Below are positions 25,040 through 34,435 of a stretch of DNA of 64,000 bases, one piece after another; within the stretch, counting starts at the first letter, position 1; each line of letters opens with the position of its first letter. The DNA is from Acutalibacteraceae bacterium (GTDB lineage Bacteria > Bacillota > Clostridia > Oscillospirales > Acutalibacteraceae). The position numbers were made by a program, and so were the translations under genes. The stretch lies in NCBI GenBank assembly GCA_045658165.1, contig JAZOUN010000115.1, positions 1,907 through 65,906 on the forward strand, in the 5' to 3' direction. The notes beneath the pieces were generated by a model. That model was not told the origin of the DNA, ran no database searches, and saw only the letters and a program-made list of their open reading frames with translations.

Positions 25040-25690
25040 ATGAATATTATCATCATCATGTCAGGTGGTGTGGGCAACCGTTTCGGTGCAAACATCCCCA
25101 AGCAGTACTGCAAACTCAACGGCAGACCTGTTATTGATTATGTTATAGATGCCGCAAAAGGCTCAAAAGTTGCAGACAAAGTTCTTGTTGTCTGCGATCC
25201 CTCATGTATTGATTACTCAGATGCACTCAAAAATTCAGGATTTGATTTTGCTGTAAACGGCAAAGAAAGACTCGATTCACTCAAGAGCGCATTTGACCAC
25301 ATTCAGGCAAATTACCCCGACTGTGAAAGAATCATCATCCTTGACGCTGTTGCACCTTTTGTAACAAGCGAACTTATTGACGATTATCTTACAAAGCTTG
25401 ATGATAACGATGCTGTTATCACATGTCAGAAAATCACAGGTGCTCTCGGCAACTACAAATACGATCCCCTTGACCGTGAAGAGTATTACATGACTCAGTC
25501 TCCCGAAGCATTCCGTTTCAAGACTCTCATCCCCCACTTCACAACAACATTCCCCAGTCAGGAACTCGCATGGCAGATGCCCAGAGAAACAAAAAAGTAT
25601 CTTAACTTTGAGTTCAAGAACAACCTCAAGCTCACATATGACTTTGATCTTAAATATGCTTCATTCATGCTTGAGGATATGAAGAAATAA
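25040..25690 (+). CDS. IspD/TarI-type cytidylyltransferase
   Basis: 216 aa with N-terminal IIMSGGVGNRFGANIPKQY. Confidence 0.8.
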   Translation: MNIIIIMSGGVGNRFGANIPKQYCKLNGRPVIDYVIDAAKGSKVADKVLVVCDPSCIDYSDALKNSGFDFAVNGKERLDSLKSAFDHIQANYPDCERIIILDAVAPFVTSELIDDYLTKLDDNDAVITCQKITGALGNYKYDPLDREEYYMTQSPEAFRFKTLIPHFTTTFPSQELAWQMPRETKKYLNFEFKNNLKLTYDFDLKYASFMLEDMKK

Positions 25691-25707
25691 TTCCGCGGAA
25701 GTGTTTT

Positions 25708-26925
25708 ATGGCAACCGATAAAAAGAAAGTTTTCAACATAGCATCTGACCTGATATTCAGTATTGCAGGACTTATGCTCATGAACGGTGCGTTGCAGTTC
25801 CTTATAAATCCGCTTTTTGAAAAATGGATGGGAACCGATGCATTCGGTAATTATCAGTCAATTTTTGCAGTCGTATCTGTTATGGGTACGACTTTTGGTG
25901 TTGCCGCAAACTATTCCCGTATGGTCCGCGCAAGGGACAAAAAAGACACAAACGGTGACTACAACATCTTTCTGACGGTTATTTCAGTCCTTTGTATTGC
26001 TGTTGCCGCAGGTACGCTTGTTGTATACAAATCATTCAGCATTCTCCATTTCCTGCTGCTGACCGTTCTTATGATTGCAACGGTACTCAGATATTACGGA
26101 GACGTAAATTACCGTTTAAAACTCAACTATAAAGGATTTTTCCTTTTCTATGCAATAATCACCGCAGGCTACGGTCTCGGTCTTCTGCTTTTCAGATTTG
26201 TGTCTCCCGTATGGATGCTCACAATCATGGCCGGTGAAATTGCGGCAATTCTTTTCGTTTACTTCAACGGTGATATTTTCAAAGGCAAAAACCTTATGAA
26301 AAAATCTCCCGAATTCACGGGAACAATGAAATCCGTAGGCGTTCTGTCTGCAACAAATCTGCTCTCGGCTGTTGCACAGCAGTCAGACAAAATAATTCTC
26401 GGTCTTGCAATAGGCGGCGAAGCAGTTACAACATTCTACGTGGCAACGCTTCTGGGTAAAGTAATTTCACTGCTCACAACACCCCTCAACGGTGTGCTTA
26501 TAGGTTATCTTACAAAATACGAAGGCAGACTTACAAAGAAAATGGTTGCAGTTTTTGCAGCAGTTCTTCTCGGTCTCGGTGCCGTTGCGCTGACCGGATG
26601 TATTATTGCTTCTGAAATTTTCGTAAAACTGTTTTATCCCGATGTTTTTGCAGATGCAAAACCGTATTTCTTCATTGCAAGTGCAGGTCAGGTTCTGTAC
26701 TTCATTTCAAACTGCCTTATGACTGTTATTCTGCGTGTTGCAAGTGAAAAATATCAGATGTATATAAATATTGTATATATCGGAATCTATGCGGCAACAG
26801 TCATTCCGCTTACACTGACATACGGCATATGGGGTATGGCAACTGCACTTCTCATAACAAACAGTGCAAAGTTTGCTATTACAACAGCTGTAGGACTTGT
26901 AAAGTCACAATCAAAATCAAATTAA
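25708..26925 (+). CDS. polysaccharide/teichoic-acid flippase-like (Wzx/MOP-type) membrane protein
   Basis: 405 aa and polytopic (about 12 hydrophobic segments). The call rests on the locus context. Confidence 0.7.
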   Translation: MATDKKKVFNIASDLIFSIAGLMLMNGALQFLINPLFEKWMGTDAFGNYQSIFAVVSVMGTTFGVAANYSRMVRARDKKDTNGDYNIFLTVISVLCIAVAAGTLVVYKSFSILHFLLLTVLMIATVLRYYGDVNYRLKLNYKGFFLFYAIITAGYGLGLLLFRFVSPVWMLTIMAGEIAAILFVYFNGDIFKGKNLMKKSPEFTGTMKSVGVLSATNLLSAVAQQSDKIILGLAIGGEAVTTFYVATLLGKVISLLTTPLNGVLIGYLTKYEGRLTKKMVAVFAAVLLGLGAVALTGCIIASEIFVKLFYPDVFADAKPYFFIASAGQVLYFISNCLMTVILRVASEKYQMYINIVYIGIYAATVIPLTLTYGIWGMATALLITNSAKFAITTAVGLVKSQSKSN

Positions 26926-26932
26926 TCTGAAT

Positions 26933-26975
26933 AAAAAAATTTCCCGGTAATGTGCTCATTACCGGGATTTATATT
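26933..26975. terminator. bidirectional terminator
   Basis: 11-bp stem 26942-26952/26957-26967, flanked by an A-run and a T-rich stretch, between convergent genes. Confidence 0.65.
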
Positions 26976-26976
26976 A

Positions 26977-27630
26977 TCAATAAACAAGCTGGGGAAATTC
27001 GGCAGGAGTAATAACATAATCACCTGCAACTGAATCATTTTCATCTGTTGATTCAAGACGAATACCGTTATCTGTAACAACCAATGTGTACAGAATTTCA
27101 TGAGAACCGTTTTCATCGCGTCTTGCAACGTACAAAACGTCGTCTTTGATCAGAATTTCATCACTGCAGAAAACTGTTCCCTCAACCCGGCCGATTTCGG
27201 AAATATACACTTTGCCGTCTGCGATATAAACATATACACCGGCAAATTCATAAACACCGTTAAGATTACGGACAGCCTCCATCAGCATGCTGATAGCTTC
27301 ATCGCCCAGATCAAAACCGTCACTCAGATTATTCATAAGCATATCAAGAGGATAGCCTATACAACCGTGTTTATTATATTCAGCCATGGCTTTTGAGTAA
27401 AAATACATATCAACTGTACCGGCTTTGCCTGCATCTGCCGCACCGCTGTTATAATACACAACCGCTTCCTCAAATTTGCCGTTTTCAACAGCTTCAGCCA
27501 TTGCATCATATGCAACTTCGGGACTTTCAAATTTTACTGTTTCACCGATTGAAACGGAATCATTCTTCTTACATCCGGCAAAACTCAGAACAATAACAAA
27601 ACTCATTACCGCAATAATTAATTTTTTCAT
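26977..27630 (-). CDS. lipoprotein, function unknown
   Basis: Signal peptide plus lipobox (VLSFAGC). 217 aa. Confidence 0.7.
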   Translation of the reverse strand: MKKLIIAVMSFVIVLSFAGCKKNDSVSIGETVKFESPEVAYDAMAEAVENGKFEEAVVYYNSGAADAGKAGTVDMYFYSKAMAEYNKHGCIGYPLDMLMNNLSDGFDLGDEAISMLMEAVRNLNGVYEFAGVYVYIADGKVYISEIGRVEGTVFCSDEILIKDDVLYVARRDENGSHEILYTLVVTDNGIRLESTDENDSVAGDYVITPAEFPQLVY

Positions 27631-27641
27631 TTTATTACTCC

Positions 27642-28517
27642 TTATAAATTGATTTTTATTGTTTCTTTTTTCAGAATCTGTTTCAGCAGAGAATTATCAA
27701 GCAGAGTTGATTCTGTCCGCTTTGCACCGTCTCTGAAATTACCCCAATTCTCAACGGGTACAATCAGATCAGAGGAAACATTGTATTTTTCTGCAAGCAT
27801 GAGACCAATGTCATATTTGGAAAGTGCATCGTCACCCGAAACATTCAATATCTGCGGAACACTTTCAAGTGCAAAAAGTTCAAGAATGATATCTGCAACA
27901 CTGCCGTAATCAAGCACAGATCTTATTGCACCGGTTGAAAGCTGAACTTCTTCACCACTGCAGATTTTTTTAATCACAACGTCGCAGAAATGCTTTTTAG
28001 CAGGTGCACAGCTTTCGGAAAACATAAGAGGCAGTCTGAGTGCACAAGCTCCCGAACGGTTAAAAACCTCTTCCCCCAACGCCTTTTGTCTGCCGTAAAT
28101 ACTTACCGGGTCAAGGCTGTCACTTTCTTTAAAAAGATATGTTCCGCCCTCTCCGTAAACAGTATCGCTTGATGTAAAAAACAGTTTGCTAAAGCTTTTT
28201 ACTTTATCAAGGAACCTTTCGGGAATTCGAATATTCATTTCCTGAGCAACTGAAGGAAATTCTGCAACAAAATCAATATTATGACATGCCGCGGTGTAAA
28301 GAATATCTGCATTGCCGATGTTGTTTATTTCACAAGTGAGCATATCAATGTATTTTTCATCAGTCATATCACCGATGCATTTATGCACACGGCTGTTTTC
28401 CGCACCGTAAATATTATCGTTTCTGGCAGCGGCAAGAACTTCGCTGTGTGTATTTTCAAGAATCGATTTTATAAGTTGAGAACCGAGAAACCCTCCGGCT
28501 CCGATCACAACATACAT
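27642..28517 (-). CDS. NAD-dependent epimerase/dehydratase (SDR) family protein
   Basis: N-terminal Rossmann motif VIGAGGFLGSQL and a YGRQK catalytic region. Confidence 0.8.
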   Translation of the reverse strand: MYVVIGAGGFLGSQLIKSILENTHSEVLAAARNDNIYGAENSRVHKCIGDMTDEKYIDMLTCEINNIGNADILYTAACHNIDFVAEFPSVAQEMNIRIPERFLDKVKSFSKLFFTSSDTVYGEGGTYLFKESDSLDPVSIYGRQKALGEEVFNRSGACALRLPLMFSESCAPAKKHFCDVVIKKICSGEEVQLSTGAIRSVLDYGSVADIILELFALESVPQILNVSGDDALSKYDIGLMLAEKYNVSSDLIVPVENWGNFRDGAKRTESTLLDNSLLKQILKKETIKINL

Positions 28518-28600
28518 ACAATCACCTTTCCGGTCAAGTCAGTTATATTTTAATAACGTACCAACTGAAGTATAACATCAAAATTCTTTCAGGTCAACTT

Positions 28601-29575
28601 TTAATTATTGACTTTTGTACTGACCTCGCCCGATGAAAGGAATTCTTCGCTTCCGTCGGCATATCGCACATGAAGACGGAAATCCTCATCAACATCAAGA
28701 GCTGTTGCATCTCTTGTTCCGCCGGGTTTTATAACTTTTATTTCTTTTCCGCTGAGATATGATCTTGAACAATAATCAAAATAAAAATGTTTGCCGACAA
28801 GCACCCTGTACTCTTCAAAAAAGAAATTTATAACATCCGCAACAATACGGCTTACAGTATCACCGTCGGGTTTTTCATCAAAAACCGAACCTGCGATATC
28901 TTTTATATCATCAGGCAAAGCACCGTCGTCAAAAAACATATTGATACCGATTCCCAGCACCGCATAACTCAGTTTTCCGCATTCGAGATCAAATGATGCT
29001 TCTGTCAGAATTCCGCAGACCTTTCTGCTGCGCATATATATGTCGTTAACCCATTTTATTGATGTCATTTTGCCAGTGTTTTTTTCAATTGCCTTTGCCG
29101 TTGCAACCGCCGCACATGTTGTAATAAGAAGTGAATCCGACGGTTTCAGATCAGGTCTTAAAAGAATACTGAAATAAACTCCGTTGCCTTTATCGGAATA
29201 AAAACTTCTGCCGAGTCTGCCTCTGCCTGCTGTCTGTTCGCCTGCAATGAGCACATACCCCTCTTTTTCACCGTTTTCAGCCATTTTCTTAACAAGAGTG
29301 TTTGTGGAAGTAACTGTATCCCTGTACTCGACACTTATATTTTCCGCAGTTATGAATTTACTTACACTCTGGGCAGAAAGCAGATTATTATTTTCTGTAA
29401 GCACATAGCCTTTGTTTGTAACAGCTTTTATTTCATAACCTTTGTCCTGAAGATTTTTTACGGCTTTCCATACGGAATTTCTGCTAAGCCCCAGAAGAGA
29501 GGCAATTTTTCCGCCCGAAATATATCTGCCTTTATTTTTTTCAAGCAGTTCAAGAACACTTTCTGTAGTTTTCAT
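28601..29575 (-). CDS. birA: bifunctional biotin-[acetyl-CoA-carboxylase] ligase / biotin operon repressor
   Basis: N-terminal HTH (LLGLSRNSVWKAVKNLQDKGYEI) and the ligase motif GRGRLGRSF. Confidence 0.9.
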   Translation of the reverse strand: MKTTESVLELLEKNKGRYISGGKIASLLGLSRNSVWKAVKNLQDKGYEIKAVTNKGYVLTENNNLLSAQSVSKFITAENISVEYRDTVTSTNTLVKKMAENGEKEGYVLIAGEQTAGRGRLGRSFYSDKGNGVYFSILLRPDLKPSDSLLITTCAAVATAKAIEKNTGKMTSIKWVNDIYMRSRKVCGILTEASFDLECGKLSYAVLGIGINMFFDDGALPDDIKDIAGSVFDEKPDGDTVSRIVADVINFFFEEYRVLVGKHFYFDYCSRSYLSGKEIKVIKPGGTRDATALDVDEDFRLHVRYADGSEEFLSSGEVSTKVNN

Positions 29576-30129
29576 ATTTTCACCCTCATTTTCACAGCTT
29601 TTGATACAACAGCCGCAAGCAGTAATTTTACAATATCAGGTATTATGTAAGGCAAAACGCAGGTTGCAAGCACCGCAGCAAATCCGATTTCGCCCGTGTT
29701 TTTCATATATATAAACATATACCATAAAGAGCCGAACAGATAACAGCACACAAGTCCCGTAATAAATCCGAACATCATAAACGGAATTTTTCTTTCAGTT
29801 TTTCCAATAATCAGTCCAGATACAAATGCAAGCAGTACAAAACCTGCCGCATACCCTCCCGACATACTGAACAGTACACTTATTCCGCCGCGGAAAAAAG
29901 AAAATACCGGAAGTCCTGCAATACCGAGAATAAGGTAAACAATAACAGCCGCAGTTGCTTTTTTTCTGCCGAGAACACCTACTGCAGTACAGACAGCAAA
30001 TGTCTGAAACGTAACGGGAATATTACCTACGGGAATACTTATCCACGAACAGACTGCAATAAGTGCAGTCAGCATTGAAACACTTGCAATATCAACAGCT
30101 CTGATTTTTTTTGTTTTTGATTTTTCCAT
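29572..30129 (-). CDS. bioY: biotin transporter BioY
   Basis: Start taken at MEKSKTKK (30129). Motif: IPVTFQTFAV. 4-nt overlap with birA. Confidence 0.85.
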   Translation of the reverse strand: MEKSKTKKIRAVDIASVSMLTALIAVCSWISIPVGNIPVTFQTFAVCTAVGVLGRKKATAAVIVYLILGIAGLPVFSFFRGGISVLFSMSGGYAAGFVLLAFVSGLIIGKTERKIPFMMFGFITGLVCCYLFGSLWYMFIYMKNTGEIGFAAVLATCVLPYIIPDIVKLLLAAVVSKAVKMRVKI

Positions 30130-30138
30130 AAAAAAAAC

Positions 30139-30211
30139 CACCTCAGAATCTGAGGTGATTTTATCATACTTGAATTTTATTGTCAACCATATTTTATATT
30201 CATATGACAAT
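30139..30211 (-). promoter_or_regulatory. bioY promoter, candidate BirA operator and SD-containing leader hairpin
   Basis: On the - strand:
- ATTGTCA (30211-30205), 19 nt, TGACAAT (30185-30179) inverted repeat overlapping the -35 box
- TTGACA (30186-30181), 17-nt spacer, TAAAAT (30163-30158)
- hairpin 30157-30151/30145-30139 followed by T8, directly before the ATG. Its 3' arm contains the SD GAGGTGG. Confidence 0.5.
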
Positions 30212-30213
30212 CA

Positions 30214-31995
30214 TCAAAGAACCATTTTTTTGTTGATTTCTTTAAGTGTTGCTTCATCAATTTTAACAACAGCTCTGTCATAGGTAAGAATTCCGTTCAC
30301 TTCAAACTCAACATCACTCACCTGAGTGTAAACAGTTGCGGAAAGACCTTTTTCTATATAAGGGATAATCTGCTTTTCAAACAGATTCTTATAAGCCTTT
30401 GTAAGAGTCTCCTTTGAGTTATACATCATATAACCGAAGCTCTTGCTCTTATTCCATACGTGTCCGTCAAGAATCTGGGAATAACCACCGAATTCACTGA
30501 GAACAAAAGCTCTGTCCTTTTCCTTTTTGGGAAGCTGAACGGGAAGAATATATTTATGAATACTTCTGAAATCCCCTGCTTTCTGGTCATACCAACCGCT
30601 TGCATGGTCGCAGTGTCTTGAGGGATCATATGCCTTGACAGCATTGCCGATTCTTGCGGCGTCAAACTGCCCCCATCCTTCGTTGAAAGGAACCCATGTT
30701 GCAAGTGAAACACAGTTGTAAAGCTGATCTATCATTTCGTACATTTCTGCTTCGAAGAAATCACGCCATTCCTTTTTGTTTCTGTTGAAAACATCATATT
30801 TATTGTCTTTCATTGAAAGACGTACAAGAGGACTGAGCACACCCTGAATTGTGGGAACAACACCTGCATAGAAAGTGTTGAGTGCTTTACCGCCGCTTAT
30901 CATATCCTGCCATACGAGCATACCGAGTCTGTCGCAATGATAATACCATCTTGCAGGTTCAGTCTTGATATGTTTACGCAGCATATTGAAGCCGAGCTCT
31001 TTCATTTTCTGAATATCATAGATCATTGCTTCATCAGTGGGAGGAGTAAGACCACCGTCACACCAATAGCCCTGATCAAGAAGCCCGTTGTGGAAATAAG
31101 GTTTGTTATTGAGACAAAGACGCACATACCCCTTTGAATCCTTTCCCATGCTGAACTTTCTCATGCCGAAGTATGTCTTAACCTTATCAGCAACAACACC
31201 GTCAACGGAAAGTTCAAGAACCATATCGTAAAGATTCGGTTCTTCAGGACTCCAGAGTCTGAAATCAGGCAAAGCAATGTCTGAATCACTGCCGATTACA
31301 GTTTCCGCAACAACAGTTTCACCGAAGAAAACAGTAGCTTTGAGTGTATATTCACCCTTTGCGGCAACTTCTGATTTAACATTTATAACACCCTTGTCGA
31401 TATCGGGAAGAAGCTTTATTTTTTCAATGTGCGCTTCGCTTACAGCCTCAAGCCATACAGTCTGCCATATACCTGATGTTGCAGTATACCAGAAACCGTG
31501 AGATTCTGTTGCCTGCTTACCTCTCTGCTGCCAACCGTCATCTGTGGGATCATAAACAAAAACGATAAGCTCATTTTCCCCGTCTTTTACATAATCTGTA
31601 ATGTCAAATGAAAAAGAATTATAACCGCCCTGATGAGTGCCGACAAGAGTTTTGTTCACAAACACCTTGCATTCCCAGTCTACTGCGTCAAAATTAAGAA
31701 TTGCACGTTTGCCGTTGAATTCGTCTGATAAAGTAAAGTTCTTTCTGTACCAGAGTCTTTCATCCTTTGTAATATGTTTTTCAACACCTGAAAGTGCACA
31801 TTCAATTGCAAAAGGCACAAGGATTCTGCCGTCGTAATTCACGGGAAACTCTTCTTTACCTGCAGCAGTCACGGCATAATCGTATTCACCGTTGAGGTTC
31901 ATCCAGAAATCACGCTGAAACTGAGGCCTGGGATATTCATTGAGAGGACAATCTCTGTCCACCTTATCATAAAAAATTGTTTTTATATCTGCCAT
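30214..31995 (-). CDS. glycoside hydrolase family 2 protein
   Basis: 593 aa with GH2-type sugar-binding and TIM-barrel regions and a PFNEGWGQ catalytic-region motif. Confidence 0.8.
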   Translation of the reverse strand: MADIKTIFYDKVDRDCPLNEYPRPQFQRDFWMNLNGEYDYAVTAAGKEEFPVNYDGRILVPFAIECALSGVEKHITKDERLWYRKNFTLSDEFNGKRAILNFDAVDWECKVFVNKTLVGTHQGGYNSFSFDITDYVKDGENELIVFVYDPTDDGWQQRGKQATESHGFWYTATSGIWQTVWLEAVSEAHIEKIKLLPDIDKGVINVKSEVAAKGEYTLKATVFFGETVVAETVIGSDSDIALPDFRLWSPEEPNLYDMVLELSVDGVVADKVKTYFGMRKFSMGKDSKGYVRLCLNNKPYFHNGLLDQGYWCDGGLTPPTDEAMIYDIQKMKELGFNMLRKHIKTEPARWYYHCDRLGMLVWQDMISGGKALNTFYAGVVPTIQGVLSPLVRLSMKDNKYDVFNRNKKEWRDFFEAEMYEMIDQLYNCVSLATWVPFNEGWGQFDAARIGNAVKAYDPSRHCDHASGWYDQKAGDFRSIHKYILPVQLPKKEKDRAFVLSEFGGYSQILDGHVWNKSKSFGYMMYNSKETLTKAYKNLFEKQIIPYIEKGLSATVYTQVSDVEFEVNGILTYDRAVVKIDEATLKEINKKMVL

Positions 31996-32070
31996 GATTT
32001 ATCACCCTGTATTCATGCTGTTTTTTTATATTTTACTATATTTTTTTTGTTTTGTCCATACACTTTACTA

Positions 32071-32099
32071 TTGACATAAATTTTTTTTCATCATATAAT
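32071..32099 (+). promoter_or_regulatory. sigma-A promoter upstream of the FMN riboswitch
   Basis: TTGACA (32071-32076), 17-nt spacer, TATAAT (32094-32099). Confidence 0.6.
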
Positions 32100-32110
32100 A
32101 TAGAAAATGA

Positions 32111-32226
32111 AAATCTTCAGGGCGGGGTGCGATTCCCCACCGGCAGTAAAGTCTGCGAACACCTTATTGGTGCCGAAACGGTGAAATTCCGTTACCGACG
32201 GTTATAGTCCGGATGAAAGAAGAAAA
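32111..32226 (+). promoter_or_regulatory. FMN riboswitch (RFN element)
   Basis: Conserved core: TCTTCAGGGCGGGGTGCGATTCCCCACCGGCAGTAAAGTC...GGTGAAATTCCGTTACCGACGGTTATAGTCCGGATGAAAGAAGA. It lies directly upstream of ribU. Confidence 0.9.
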
Positions 32227-32295
32227 ACATATTGTTTTTTACACTTTTACGCTCTGATTGTTTTCAGTGCGTATTTTTTATTCAGGGTGATAATT

Positions 32296-32907
32296 ATGAA
32301 ACCAAAAAAAACCAAGAAATCAAAAAAATTCAATATAAGAGCATTAACAGTATCCGGAGTAATGGGTGCACTGGCATTTGCACTTATGATGCTTGAATTT
32401 TCAATTCCCATTATGCCTGCATTCATAAAGCTTGATTTTTCTGAGCTTCCGGCTCTTATTACCGGATTTGCATTCGGCCCACTGTGGGGCATAGCAGTAT
32501 GCTTTATAAAGAATTTCATCCATGTTTTTATTTCATCAACAGGTGCAATAGGTGAAATCTCAAATTTCGTTCTCGGTGCAGTTTTTGTAGGCGTATCCGC
32601 TTTAATCTACAAGAATAAAAAGAACAAGAAATGGGCACTCATCAGCTGTATTATTGCCTCTGCTGTTATGGCAGTATTCAGCGTTTTCTCAAACTATTAT
32701 ATTGTTTATCCGCTTTATGTAAAGGTGCTTGGTATGCCCGAAGCTGCAATTCTCGCTATGTATCAGGCAATACTTCCCTCTGTTGACAACCTCTTTGAGG
32801 CGATTGCAATATTCAATCTCCCCTTTAATTTCGTCAAAATGATGATAGTTTCCTTTATATGTTTCGGCATTTATAAGCGTATTTCACCAATAATGAAAAA
32901 GCAATGA
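32296..32907 (+). CDS. ribU: ECF transporter S component, riboflavin (RibU)
   Basis: Start taken at MKPKKTKK. Polytopic small membrane protein controlled by the FMN riboswitch. Confidence 0.85.
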   Translation: MKPKKTKKSKKFNIRALTVSGVMGALAFALMMLEFSIPIMPAFIKLDFSELPALITGFAFGPLWGIAVCFIKNFIHVFISSTGAIGEISNFVLGAVFVGVSALIYKNKKNKKWALISCIIASAVMAVFSVFSNYYIVYPLYVKVLGMPEAAILAMYQAILPSVDNLFEAIAIFNLPFNFVKMMIVSFICFGIYKRISPIMKKQ

Positions 32908-32914
32908 TTTCCAC

Positions 32915-32943
32915 TTGACAAAGCAACGGGATTATTGTAGAAT
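32915..32943 (+). promoter_or_regulatory. sigma-A promoter upstream of the SAM riboswitch
   Basis: TTGACA (32915-32920), 17-nt spacer, TAGAAT (32938-32943). Confidence 0.6.
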
Positions 32944-32960
32944 AACAAAGAATTAAATAT

Positions 32961-33054
32961 TCCTTATAAAGAGTGACGGAGGGAACGGCCCTGTGATGTC
33001 CGGCAACCTGCAACTGCAAGGTGCTAAATCCGACGGTCTGACCGAGAGATAAGG
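32961..33054 (+). promoter_or_regulatory. SAM-I riboswitch (S-box)
   Basis: CTTATAAAGAGTGACGGAGGGAACGGCCCTGTGATGTCCGGCAACC...GGTGCTAAATCC...AGAGATAAGG matches the S-box core and P1 closure. It lies upstream of metK. Confidence 0.9.
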
Positions 33055-33060
33055 CTTAAC

Positions 33061-33089
33061 GCTCACGGATCAGTCTGTGAGCTTTTTTT
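33061..33089 (+). terminator. riboswitch expression-platform terminator
   Basis: GCTCACggatcagtctGTGAGC followed by T7. Confidence 0.75.
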
Positions 33090-33133
33090 ATGGTTAAAAT
33101 TTCAATTTATATATTTTTACGGAGGAAATTAAA

Positions 33134-34315
33134 ATGGCAAAAAGACTTTTTACTTCAGAGTCAGTTACTGAAGGACATCCCGATAAAGTCTGCGACAAGA
33201 TTTCAGACGCTGTGCTTGACGCTCTTCTTGCACAGGATAAGTATTCACGAGTCGCTTGTGAAAGCTGCTGTACAACAGGTATGGCAATGGTTATGGGTGA
33301 AATCACAACTCAGGCTGTTGTTGACATTCCCGCTATCATCAGAAAGACAATCTGCGACATCGGTTTTGATTCACCCGAAGCAGGTTTCGACGGCAACGCA
33401 TGTGCTGTTTTCACAACACTTGACAAGCAGTCACCCGACATCAGCATGGGTGTCAGCAAGTCACTTGAAATGAAGGAAGGCGACGACGACAAGTACAACC
33501 TTCACGGTGCAGGCGACCAGGGTATGATGTTCGGTTTCGCATGTGACGAAACAGAAGAACTTATGCCCATGCCCATTTCTCTTGCTCACAAGCTTGCTCT
33601 CAAGCTTACAGAAGTAAGAAAGAACGGCACACTGAACTATCTCCGTCCCGACGGTAAAACTCAGGTTACTGTTGAATACGATGATGACAAGGTTGTAAGA
33701 ATTGAAGCTGTTGTTATTTCAACACAGCACAAGGAAGAAGCAACTCAGGAACAGATAAGAAAAGACCTTATCGAAAAGGTTATCACTCCCGTTATCCCTG
33801 CAGAGCTTATTGACGAAAATACAAAGATCTTTATCAACCCTACAGGCAGATTTGTTATCGGCGGCCCCGTTGGTGACAGCGGTCTTACAGGCAGAAAGAT
33901 CATCGTTGATACATACGGCGGATACGCTGCACACGGTGGCGGAGCTTTCTCCGGGAAGGGCCCCACAAAGGTTGACAGAAGTGCAGCTTACGCTGCAAGA
34001 TATGTTGCAAAGAACATTGTTGCTGCTGGTCTTGCAAAGAAGTGTGAAATCGAACTTGCATACGCAATCGGTGTTGCCCGTCCCGTTTCAGTCATGGTCA
34101 ACACATACGGCACAGGCAAGGTTGCAGACGCAAAACTTGCAGAAGCTGTAAACAAGGTATTTGACCTTCGTCCCGCAGCAATCATCGATACTCTTGACCT
34201 GAGAAGACCTATCTACAGCCAGACAGCTGCTTACGGTCACATGGGCAGAACAGACATCGACCTTCCCTGGGAGCATACAGATAAAGTCGATGCTCTTCTT
34301 GAAGCAGTAAAATAA
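33134..34315 (+). CDS. metK: S-adenosylmethionine synthase
   Basis: 393 aa with [32 protein letters not shown] and GGGAFSGK motifs. Confidence 0.97.
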   Translation: MAKRLFTSESVTEGHPDKVCDKISDAVLDALLAQDKYSRVACESCCTTGMAMVMGEITTQAVVDIPAIIRKTICDIGFDSPEAGFDGNACAVFTTLDKQSPDISMGVSKSLEMKEGDDDKYNLHGAGDQGMMFGFACDETEELMPMPISLAHKLALKLTEVRKNGTLNYLRPDGKTQVTVEYDDDKVVRIEAVVISTQHKEEATQEQIRKDLIEKVITPVIPAELIDENTKIFINPTGRFVIGGPVGDSGLTGRKIIVDTYGGYAAHGGGAFSGKGPTKVDRSAAYAARYVAKNIVAAGLAKKCEIELAYAIGVARPVSVMVNTYGTGKVADAKLAEAVNKVFDLRPAAIIDTLDLRRPIYSQTAAYGHMGRTDIDLPWEHTDKVDALLEAVK

Positions 34316-34334
34316 AAATCAATACATTCACATA

Positions 34335-34369
34335 TGCCGAGTGTTCGTAAGGACACCCGGCAGTTTTTT
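34335..34369 (+). terminator. metK terminator
   Basis: 10-position stem 34335-34344/34353-34362 (9 pairs, one mismatch), followed by gTTTTTT. Confidence 0.65.
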
Positions 34370-34385
34370 GTAATTACTGAAGAAA

Positions 34386-34428
34386 CAAAAAAAACAGACT
34401 TTGCCGGGAATGACAAAGTCTGTTTTTC
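34386..34428. terminator. terminator after the dapA-family gene (symmetrical)
   Basis: 10-bp stem 34394-34403/34414-34423, flanked by an A-run and a T-run. Confidence 0.65.
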
Positions 34429-34435
34429 AATTCAA

